From assembly GCA_020184695.1 (NCBI GenBank), contig JAANOX010000060.1, positions 1 through 54,085 of the forward strand: a stretch of 54,085 nucleotides of DNA. The letters are read 5' to 3'. Within the stretch, counting starts at the first letter, position 1. Every line of letters begins with the position of its first letter. The notes under the pieces are model-generated. The model did no database searches and was not told the DNA's origin. It saw only the letters and a program-made list of their open reading frames with translations. Positions 44,471 to 54,085 of the stretch are shown one piece after another. The position numbers were made by a program, and so were the translations under genes. This stretch comes from Histomonas meleagridis 2922-C6/04-290x (Eukaryota; Protista; Parabasalia).

Positions 44471-44617
44471 TTAACTTCATTAAATAAGTTTTATCTATTT
44501 AATATCATCTTAGAAAGTATTTTCTTATAAGATCTCATTACAACTTTCTAAGGACGCGACCCTTAAATATTTATAATTAGAATTTTTAAAAAACAAATTT
44601 TTATTAAATCACAACAT

Positions 44618-45163
44618 TCATAAATTTACAGATTTAATCTTTTCCACCAATGTATTTCTTATTTCAGAAATTTTTCCGTTCATGAATTCCTCAAATTCCA
44701 ATTTTATATTCTTTGCATTCAATACTTTTCTCACCACAAAAAACTCATCTACAAAGAATGTTAATATTTCTCTATTTTTCTCTAAATTTCGTTTTTCGAT
44801 CAAATCCAACCAAATACTTAACAAATGTTTCAATTGTTCGTTTGACAATTTCGAAATTAATAATTCGAACAACTCAATTTCATTCATAAACTCATGGTCA
44901 AACAACAACGAAAAACTTTTTGCGGTATTTAATCTTGTTTTAGGTACATCATTAATTAATAGTAACAAACCTAAAACATAACTTTCATTAAAATTGATCA
45001 TCTTATCAATAACATTTGAAATTGCTAAATGCACAGAATAATTTTCTTCATTCCATTTAAGGATTTGCTTTTCACAAAAAGGGATAAATTTCAAAATTTG
45101 TGAATCTGTCACTTTTGCGTATTTCAGTGAATTTATTAAATTTGCCAAAATTTCAGGTGACAT
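44618..45163 (-). CDS. Hypothetical helical protein
   Basis: Intact 181-aa ORF with an ATG start. No motif recognised. Confidence 0.4.
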   Translation of the reverse strand: MSPEILANLINSLKYAKVTDSQILKFIPFCEKQILKWNEENYSVHLAISNVIDKMINFNESYVLGLLLLINDVPKTRLNTAKSFSLLFDHEFMNEIELFELLISKLSNEQLKHLLSIWLDLIEKRNLEKNREILTFFVDEFFVVRKVLNAKNIKLEFEEFMNGKISEIRNTLVEKIKSVNL

Positions 45164-45285
45164 TTCCTTATATATTAAATCAAAGAGAACATTCGAATCG
45201 ATTTCTATTTTGTTTATAATTTACAATGGAAGGGCGCCAAATTAACTTTTTGTGAGAAATTTTGTTTTTGAAAACTACAAATTTG

Positions 45286-45407
45286 TTTGTGGTAAAGTAT
45301 TGAAGTTTTAATTCAAATTTGAATTGATATTTCCGTTATTTTTGAAAGGTGACCAAAGTTTTAGCTAAAGCATTTGTGGTAAAGTATTGAAGTTTTAATT
45401 CAAATTT
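45286..45407 (+). repeat. 35-bp direct repeat x2 in a divergent intergenic region
   Basis: TTTGTGGTAAAGTATTGAAGTTTTAATTCAAATTT at 45286-45320 and 45373-45407. Confidence 0.9.
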
Positions 45408-45458
45408 TCAGATTAATGTAAAAAAAATTGTAAAAATTGAAATTGTTCGTTTTTTCAC

Positions 45459-46523
45459 ATGAAACCAAAGGAGCATTACGAATGGGAAACAGTTCTATCA
45501 ATAAATCAAGCAATTTTCAGTTTGAATGAAGAAAATTTCTCTCGATCTTTGGGCTTAATAATCAACAAATTTGATGAAATCCATCCTTTGTCTTATGATA
45601 TAATTATTATTCAAATGATATGTTACTCCATTGGAATTAAAAATAATAATGTAGATTTATTTTTTAATATTACAAAAGAAATAAGAACATTTGAAGAGAG
45701 TAATAAAATCAAATCTAATATATTTGATGTATTTGGGAGATTTCTTGATAATAAACATACAGATGAATCATCTTATCTACTTGAAGCTATGATTGAACAT
45801 AATTTTCTTGAACCAAACATTGTAAAAAACAATCAGAGTGCTTCTTTTGTACATCACATGTCTAAAGAAAAATTAGCAATCCATTTAAGGAAACATTATT
45901 TTGTAAATTATGAAGAACTTTCAAATAATGCTTGGGAACTACATAAGAAATATGTTAAAGAAGGACATAATCCAAATGAAATTGAGAAAATAATTCGAAA
46001 TGATGAAATAGAAAAACTTCAAGAAATATCATCACAAACAAAATTTGATTTTAACCAGAAAATTGAACCATCACTTTATGAAAGATGTGATTTTGTTAAT
46101 CAAGAAAATGTTACATTAATTGATTATGCAGCATTTTTTGGATCAGTTAAATGTTTTAAATATTTACTTATAAATGGTGCAAAAATAGAAAACACAGGTA
46201 AATATGCAATTGCAGGCGGAAATGAAGAAATCATTCATTTGTGTGAGCAAAATCATTCAACATTTAAAGATGCATATGAAGCAGCAATTCAATTTCATCG
46301 AAATGATATCTTTAAATATTTTTATGATAACAAATTAAAAGAAATTAATAATTTAGAAGAATTAGGAAAACATTGTATTTTATATTATAATTATGAAATA
46401 TTTTCATTTTTACTCAAAGAGGGAATGAAAATAAATGATGATATTATTAATGAAGCAGCAAATATTGGAAATATTTTTTTAGTTGAGTATTTTCTTAAAG
46501 ATCATTCAATTGCTTCTTCATGA
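45459..46523 (+). CDS. DUF3447-domain ankyrin-family protein (N-terminal part)
   Basis: IRNDEIEKLQ, PSLYE, IDYAAFFGSVKCFKYLL, AIAGGNEEIIHLCE and AIQFHRNDIFKY are the family signatures. It runs into the ankyrin array. Confidence 0.85.
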   Translation: MKPKEHYEWETVLSINQAIFSLNEENFSRSLGLIINKFDEIHPLSYDIIIIQMICYSIGIKNNNVDLFFNITKEIRTFEESNKIKSNIFDVFGRFLDNKHTDESSYLLEAMIEHNFLEPNIVKNNQSASFVHHMSKEKLAIHLRKHYFVNYEELSNNAWELHKKYVKEGHNPNEIEKIIRNDEIEKLQEISSQTKFDFNQKIEPSLYERCDFVNQENVTLIDYAAFFGSVKCFKYLLINGAKIENTGKYAIAGGNEEIIHLCEQNHSTFKDAYEAAIQFHRNDIFKYFYDNKLKEINNLEELGKHCILYYNYEIFSFLLKEGMKINDDIINEAANIGNIFLVEYFLKDHSIASS

Positions 46524-46539
46524 TATATTGGTATTCTCA

Positions 46540-47569
46540 TCTGAATCATGAAATATTGAACTTGTTGAATACGTTTTAAAACAAAAAGGAATTGACATTA
46601 ATGTTAAAGATATTTATTTCTTTCATTTAATATTTATTTTAATAATTTTTTATTTCAAAATAATATTTGGAAATTATTTATAATATTTTATACAGCACTT
46701 ATTAAAGCATCTTATTATGGATATACAGAAATAGTTAAATTACTTCTTGAACAAAAAGGAATTGATATTAATGCTAAAAATATTTATTTGTTTCATTTGA
46801 TATTTATTTTAATAATTTGATATTTCAAAATAATATTTGGAAATTATTTAAATAATTTAATACAGCACTTATAAAAGCATTTGAAAAAAGTAACACAGAA
46901 ATAGTTAAATTGCTTCTTGAACAAGAAGGTATTGATGTTAATGCTAAAAATATTTATTTATTTTATTTGAAATTTATTTTAATAATTTTATATTTCAAAA
47001 TAATATTTGGAATTTATATAAATATTTTGAAACAGCACTTATTTGGGCATCTTCAAAAGGTCACACAGAAATAGTTAAATTACTTCTTAAACACAAAGGA
47101 ATTGATATTAATGCTAAAAATATTTATTTGTTTTATTTAGTATTTATTTTAATAATTTGATATTTAAAAATAATATTTAAAAAATATTTTCATTATTCCG
47201 AACAGCACTTATGAATGCATCTTATAATGGTTATATAGAAATAGTTAAATTACTTCTTGAACAAAAAGGAATTGATGTTAATATTAAAGATATTCATTTG
47301 ATACGTTTATAATTTGTTTTAATAATTTGCTATTTTAAAATAATATTTGGAAATTATTCATATTATTTAATACAGCACTTATTAGAGCATCTTGGAATGG
47401 TCACATAGAAATAGTTAAATTACTTCTTGAGAAAGAAGGAATTGATATTAATGCTAAAAATATTCATTTGTTTTGCTTAATATTTATTTTAATAATTTTA
47501 TATTTCAAAACAATATTTGGAAATTATTGAAATTATTTTAAAACAGCACTTATGTATGCATCTTCTAAA
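46540..47569 (+). repeat. Tandem array of six 170-bp units: 102-nt ankyrin repeat plus 68-nt non-coding insert
   Basis: ACAGCACTT (T-A-L) occurs at 46692, 46862, 47032, 47202, 47372 and 47543. The coding modules are FxTALxxASxxGxxEIVKLLLEQKGIDINAKxIY. Confidence 0.95.
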
Positions 47570-47779
47570 CTTTCTTCATTCGTATCTTCGTCTTCGATAA
47601 TCGAATCTTCATCTTCGATGTTCAGATCTTCACCTCCAATGTTCAGATCTTCGTCTGTGTTATCATTGTCGAAATCATCATCCGTGTCACCGTTGTGTTC
47701 GACTTCTTCTTCATTTTGTTCTGCTATATTTTCTTCATTGGTTATATTATCCCTGATATTATATGTACCCCATTTTCTA

Positions 47780-48340
47780 TAGATTTTAGAGGATTCTCTT
47801 AAAGCTACCATTGAGCATCTTTTGGATGTTAACTTCGCTTTATATTTGTCGTTATGTAATAATATTTTGATATCTTCATAGGTTTCTTTAGGTATTGCAC
47901 CTAATGATGAGACAATTATTACATAAAGATTGGTGGTAAAATTGAATATATTGTTACAATCTTCAACTAGATTGTTATATTTATCTAGTTTTTCTATTCT
48001 TCTAATTACTAATGAGTTAATTTAACCTTCATCCGTATTTTTAAGACTTCCATAGGGACAATTAATCTCAATAATATTTAATATATTATCTGTGAAGAAC
48101 CAAGCATCTGGTTTTAATCTTTTAGATCTATCTGGTAATCTTAATTGATTCTTTTTAATAGGTTTATCATAATTAATAATTAGTTTATTCTCTCTATCTG
48201 TTTCTTTAATGCTTTTAATAACTCTCTTAAGATTGCATTATGTCTAGGTGTAAACCAACTTTTAATTATATGACAACCATTTAATCTATGCATTAACGAA
48301 TCATTTGAATAACTATGACATCTATGACATGTACCGTCAA
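47780..48340 (-). pseudogene. CCHC zinc knuckle plus PD-(D/E)xK restriction-like endonuclease (fragmented)
   Basis: CHRCHSYSNDSLMHRLNGC, PRHNAI, LKPDAWF, IIEINCPY and VIIVSSLGAIP. Confidence 0.85.
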
Positions 48341-48799
48341 ATACTTCTGGTTTATTTTTATGTAATATTTCACCAGTGCTTTAATTATTGGTTCTACTTA
48401 ATATTATAAATTTAGCTAGAGTATCACTAATTAAATATTTGCATTAAGTATAGAAATAATTTGAAGTCTTCGAATCGATGAGAGTATTGAACGTATGTTT
48501 TTTAAAATCAGATGAAATTAGAGCATTTCTGTGTCTAACACAGATTAATTGGTTCAATCGCTCTAGAATATCGTCCGATTCGACATTTTGTTCGACTATC
48601 TCATCTTCAAAATCTCCTAATTTAATACTTTCATCTTCTTCGTCAATAATAAGAATAATTTGTAAGTTTGATAGAATTTTTAATGTGGTAATATATAAAC
48701 AATTTTCTTTGTTTCTTTCAGTGCGAATTAAATTGTTTTGATCATCAAATCTAAAATTAAGATAAGGACTTTCTTCATCTTTGATAAGTTTTCTATAAT

Positions 48800-50130
48800 C
48801 TGTTTCATTTTTTTCCATTTATTAATAAATTTCCGAATAATAATATCTTTAGAATATTCCATCGCAATATATATCTAATTGTAAGTATTTGGTATCTTTC
48901 ATATAAACTTTTCATACCTAATCCTCCATCTCTCCGATTCGTGTGAAAATAATTAATAGGAATACCTTTAGATTTACATAATTTATTAATGCATCCTCTA
49001 ATATATTTGTTTATTTTCTATTAATTCATTTAACGGACAAACACTATTTGATAGAATATAATCAAACTTTGGTGTAAATAGTTTAATACAATCTATCTTC
49101 TGAGTAATCTTTAATGGAGATTCCATAATTTTAGTAATTTGGTTCTTTATTTCATTAATAATTAATCTAAAATGTTTCTCTTTAATAATGACTCTATTAC
49201 AAGCTATTGGGATTCCTAAATATTCAATATATAAAAAAATAAAGAAATCCGGAAAATAATTTCATTGTTAATTTTTAAGTTAATGTTTAATGTATTTCTT
49301 GTTTCATCAGTATAAGTATAATATAGAGATTTACATTTTTTAGTTGCTAATTCCATTCCTGAAAATTTACAAAACTTTTCAACTGTATTTAACATGTTAT
49401 TCATACCTTCTTCTGAACTAGACATTAAAATAACGTCGTCTGCATACGCTTGAATATTGAATCTAAGTATTTCATAATTGATTTCGTCTTCAATTAATAT
49501 ACCATCATTTTTATTTTTAATTTGAATTGCTTTTAATAACGATTCTAAACATAAATTAAATAATGTAGGTGATAAAGGACATCTTTGTTTTACACCTCTT
49601 TTGACGAATATTGGTCTAAAATTAGTTCCTTTATAAAATATTTTCGTGTATGAGTTCTCATAAGAATTTTCAATAATATTAATAAATTTATCTGGAAAAC
49701 CTTTGGCTTTCAAGTAATTAATACATGAGGTACTGTACCAAAAGCATTAGTGAAATCTAAAGCTGTAATATAAATACTTTGTTTCTTTCTTCTGGCATTT
49801 GAAAATTAATTCATTAATTGTTTCAATATGTTCTGCTGCTCCATTAATTCTTTCTTTAAATCCTTTTTGAACTCTATTGATGATATTGATTATATAATTA
49901 ATATCTTGAATACATTTTGAAAACAAACAAAAGATAATTCAATATAAAGTATTAGAGATACTAATTGGTCTCCAAGATCTTAATTCTTTTGGTGCTCCTT
50001 TTTTATATAATAAAATAGTTTTTGATGATTTCCAACTTGCTGGAATTCTTTCATATAAAATCATATAAGAAACTATATATTTAATAATTTTAGATGTAAT
50101 ATTAATATTAGATTTCCAAATTGTATTAGA
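48800..50130 (-). pseudogene. Reverse transcriptase domain (fragmented)
   Basis: YADD lies in ORF 49216-49713, and the flanking RT motifs lie in adjacent frames. Confidence 0.9.
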
Positions 50131-53100
50131 AATATCACCATAGAATGAGCACTTAAATTTGATTTAGATCTAATGACTTCTTTAATTCTATCTTTATCTA
50201 ATAACATAGTAATTAATAAATCTATATCTGTTTTTTCAGAACAATTATTCAAATTCCATTTAGAATCATTATTAGGTGGATGAAAATCAATCTTAGAGTT
50301 CCATTCATTTTTGAAGAAGTCTTCAAATTGATTTAAAGTTAAAGGACATTCTGGTGAAGGATTTTTACAGATATGCCAATTGATACATTTTCTAGGATCT
50401 ACTTGATATAAATTTTGTATCTTCTCTTTATATTTTTCACTTAAAATATCACTTCTGGTAGCAATTTCATCTTCTAATGTATTCTTAATCCAGTGAAATT
50501 CCATATTTCGAAATCCTTCTTATTCATTTATAAAATATCTAATATCTTGAATTTCTCTTCCTCCGAATGTTCTGTTAATAAAATCATCATCTAATTTATG
50601 TAAAATACCTACTAATTTATTTTCAATAATAATAGATATACTGTTTATAATATTTTGATTTTGTTCTCGATTATTCTATTTTAGATATTTCTCAATATTT
50701 GAATTGAAATCCGTAATATCTCTTTCTTTTTCATAACTAATTCTTTCTCTTCTTAGTTCTTCTTCGTTATTATTGTTTTTGTTTAGAATTGGTCGTCTTC
50801 GTAACATTTTGTTAATTGGGATCTTTAAAACTGTTCGAATAGTTTTTTCAATAGATAGAATCATTTTTGCTATTATTCCTTCCATTATTAACCATTTTTG
50901 ATCATTAATTTGATAGTTGTTTTTAATTTTAATCTTCTTCATTAATGGAATAATTTTTTTCTTTGATAATTTACTTATAGATTTACTTAAAAATCTTTTA
51001 ATCTTATCTGTACATACAGGTAAGCTGATTCCATTCAATTTTTCTCGTTCACATTTCTTGATCCATTTCTTTGCTTTGTTTTATTAATTATCTATATTTT
51101 CTTGTTCTAGATTATTAGGTTTATTATTATTTTTAATGATAGTAATATTTGGAATAATTTCTTCTTCATTTTGATTTTGTGATTGTCGAACTCCTTCATT
51201 ATTATTATTAACTTCTTCTATTTGTTGATTAATTATAACATTGTTCTCAATTCTTTGAATCATTCTTATATCTCTTAGTCTTTGTTCTCCTTCACTTTCT
51301 CTTCTTCTATTAATTATTTCTTCATTATTATTATCATCGTTATTGTTATTTATTTGATTTTGTTGTATTGGTTGTTGTATGTTGATAGGTTCATTTTCAG
51401 CTCTTTTAATTCTTTCTCCAATGTTCTTCATTTCTTCTTCATTCTCTTTACATTTAGATTTGATAAATCTTTTATCTTCTGTTAATTCTTTATTAATGTA
51501 ATATTTAGCAATAGCATCTACAAATTTTCCTTGATTTCCTTCTACTCTAGATGCACCATGCATCAATTTAGCATGTAAACCTATATTATTTATTGAGGTT
51601 CCAATGGCTCTGCAATAATTGCATTCTTTAATCTTTTCGGACTCGAACAATTTCTTTATAGTTGGTGGGTTTCTTTTCAACGGATGTATCACCCATTGTA
51701 TAATCATTGCTCAAAACCAACCATAAATGTTTTTATCTTTGTTGTATTGTGGATGAACTTTTTGAACATGATTAGCTAATCCTGTTTTTAAGTCACCTAT
51801 ATATTTACGACTTGGACAATAACGATTCCATAATGTTTTTCGATAAGTTTTCCTTTTATCACCATTACTTTCAAATGTGATAATTTTCCAAAATGTTTTC
51901 TTATTAATAATTGATCCAATTGTTTCTAATATTTGATTACCTTTTGATATTTTATTATGAACTTCTCTTTGATGTATATATAATAATGTATTAGAATGTG
52001 TTGCGAACCCACATGCATGTGGACAGACGAATGTATTAACATCTGGCCATTACCTTTTAATAACTATTAAGTTTGTAATATAATGTTTTTCCAAGGGTTT
52101 ATTATCATCTATTCAATCTGAAACATTATTAATATTATAAGAAGTCCATTTATCAATTATTTCTTTTGAATCTTTTTCAGGATTAACATTCCTTAACTCT
52201 ACAATTAAATCTTCCGGTTTGTGTAATAATTCTCTATTATTTTCTTCATTATCATGATTATTCCTTTCATTATTGTTATTATTATTTGTATTCTGTGTGA
52301 CATTTATATTATTTTCATTATCATGATTTGTATTTTGAATAATATTTCGAGTATCTTGATTAATCCCTTCATATGTTAATTGATCATTTTGTTGTTGTTG
52401 TTGCTGTAAGTTTACATTATTATTAAATCTAAAGTTTGGTATTGGTATATCAATGTCGATTTGTTTTGGTATGATATTGAAATTGTGTCTTGGTATATTT
52501 ATGGGTTCTGAAATATCTTTAAAATCATATTTCATGACATCTATATCCATTTTGATCCGATTTTCGTATAAATCTATCTTTGGGATTTCAACTAAAACAT
52601 CAATTTTCCTTTCTACTAATTGATATTTTGGTTTTTCAATTGGTATTGATATATCTTTTTGTTCAAACATAAAATTAGGTGTTTCAACTGGAACATCAAT
52701 TTTACTTTTAACTATATTAAACTCTGGTTTCTCAATTGGTACTTGATATTTATGATAATCTGGAATACCTATTTCGAATGTAGTTGGATTTCTAACATAA
52801 TTCGGTATATCTATGGGATATTCTATATCACGTTGAATTAATCGATTATTATGAATTTATATATTGACTGGCACTTGTGCCATAGAATAAGCAGGAATAC
52901 TAATTTCTTGATTAAATAATGTAATTTTAGTTCCCGGGATACTGATAGAAATTATTTCACGTTCAATAGAAACTTCTGGTATTATAATTTTAACTTCTTT
53001 TTCATTTGTATGAACATGATTATAATTTCCAGAATTGTTTCTAAAGTTATTCTCTAATATGTGTAGAATAAAAGATATAATCTATCACTTAACTCATTTT

Positions 53101-54085
53101 TAATTATTAACTCATCACTTACTTCTTCAATAATTGGAATCGAATCATACTTCACAATTGATTAGTTCTTCATTATTTGTAATTTATTTGACTCTAGGGT
53201 CATTGTTAAGAGAAATTTAAGGGATATTACTCATGTTGTTTAAGTCAATATTATCTATAATTAAACCACCATCTATGAATTGAACTGGTAGACCTGGAAC
53301 TGTTAAACCCATGTTTCTATTAATTAATCCTAACCAAGGTGGGGAGTTATTAAAATTGAAATCAATGTTTCTTAATAAAATTAAAATTGGAATGTTAGAA
53401 TTATTACTAATAACGTTTCTTGGTATTAAAATATTTGTATCTGGAATTCCAAGAAATTCTCTAACTGTAAGGATTTCGTTACGAATTTTAACATGACTAA
53501 TAATTATCGACCAAATATAACCGTTGGTTGCAAATTTAAAATTTTTAACTGGTTTATGTGATCGGCGAAATGCTGTCGAAAATCATCAGGGTTTTTGATA
53601 AAATAATTACAATTTGGTAAAGGACATTTACGTATAGCAAAATTTTCTTCATGAGTATAAAATGAAAATGGTATTAAATTGTTGATAATATTTGGAACTT
53701 GGAATTTTAATCTTTCATACAAACAAGCGTATAATGTAAGTTCGTGAGGTAAGAAACGTTTTAGTTGGTTGATTTCTTGTGGAACATGCTCTTCTTCCAA
53801 ATATGCATGTTTGATGCATTCTGAAAATGTATAATAAATTCGTTGACAAAGTGGATAAAACAAACATGGGAATATGTTTTGTGGTGGAATAAGGTTGTAG
53901 GTACTAAATTGAAGTAATTCTGTGATGGGTGAATTTATCACATTTTTCGAAATTTCTCCGTTGGAACTAATGATACCTCTAGATGTATTGGGGTCGTTCT
54001 AAGGGTGTTCCTGCTATGTTCTGTATAGCGTATCGATGATTTCTGGAGAAATTATCTCGAAATTATTTATCTCCGAAAAAATTTT

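Larger units (their letters stand above)
47570..54085 (-). mobile_element. Decayed non-LTR retrotransposon of the restriction-like-endonuclease group (R2/R4/NeSL-like), extending beyond the window
   Basis: RT motifs WKSSKTILLYKKG..SWRPISI, DFTNAFGTVPH, GVKQRCPLSP, AYADD and YLGIP. CX2CX9HX4C knuckle, RHN, KPD..IIEINCPY..KLDKY REL motifs and N-terminal C2H2 fingers. Many stops and frameshifts. Confidence 0.92.

Noticed and set aside
46780-46863. Reading the insert as a U12-type AT-AC intron (ATATTT...TAC)
   Set aside because: Both possible AT starts give 84- or 82-nt introns that break the frame, and the ATATCCTT donor and TCCTTAAC branch consensus are absent.
46790-46865. Reading the ankyrin insert as a canonical GT...TACAG intron
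   Set aside because: It would be 76 nt, leaving 94-nt exons that are out of frame and delete the conserved Thr, giving F-T-Y then stops or junk. Units 1, 3 and 5 also lack GT at that position.
46860-46872. CAGCAC resemblance to an IRE1 (XBP1/HAC1) cleavage loop
   Set aside because: It is explained by the T-A-L codons. It lacks the CNG|CNG consensus and a flanking stem, and it is not at the frame-restoring junction.
46540-47569. Regular array as a CRISPR locus
   Set aside because: Both parts of the unit are conserved, with no unique spacers. The unit encodes ankyrin repeats, there are no cas genes and the host is eukaryotic.

Overview
Very AT-rich eukaryotic genomic DNA, inferred to be from a parabasalid (trichomonad-type) protist. 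The evidence is a Cpn60 with a short hydrogenosomal-type presequence, an initiator-binding-domain (IBD) protein, a BspA-like leucine-rich-repeat surface protein, a DUF3447/ankyrin gene and M3-type promoter elements. The window holds about 20 apparently intact genes (including Piezo, a USP, glyoxylate reductase, Rad9, Cpn60, TRAP-beta, a Rab, an AP sigma subunit and a PIERCE-like protein), one tRNA-Val(AAC) and many decayed genes. Mobile DNA comprises an integrase/inverted-repeat composite at the left end, a MULE-like fragment, a complete 1.29-kb mariner that splits a BspA tail, and a >6.5-kb R2/NeSL-like retrotransposon that cuts into an ankyrin array. The most striking signal is that the ankyrin repeats that can be read across their junctions (six in tandem at 46.6-47.5 kb, one each at 20, 24 and 29 kb) are all interrupted at the same codon by a 48-69-nt AT-rich insert that breaks the frame or carries stops and has no GT-AG or AT-AC ends. 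The flanking 102-nt coding modules stay open and vary at the ankyrin binding-surface positions, which suggests an undescribed non-canonical splicing or recoding system. The second candidate is a structured minus-strand ncRNA at 29.44-29.78 kb with a GT-AG intron and a possible telomerase-type template. No database searches were run, and family calls rest on recognised motifs.
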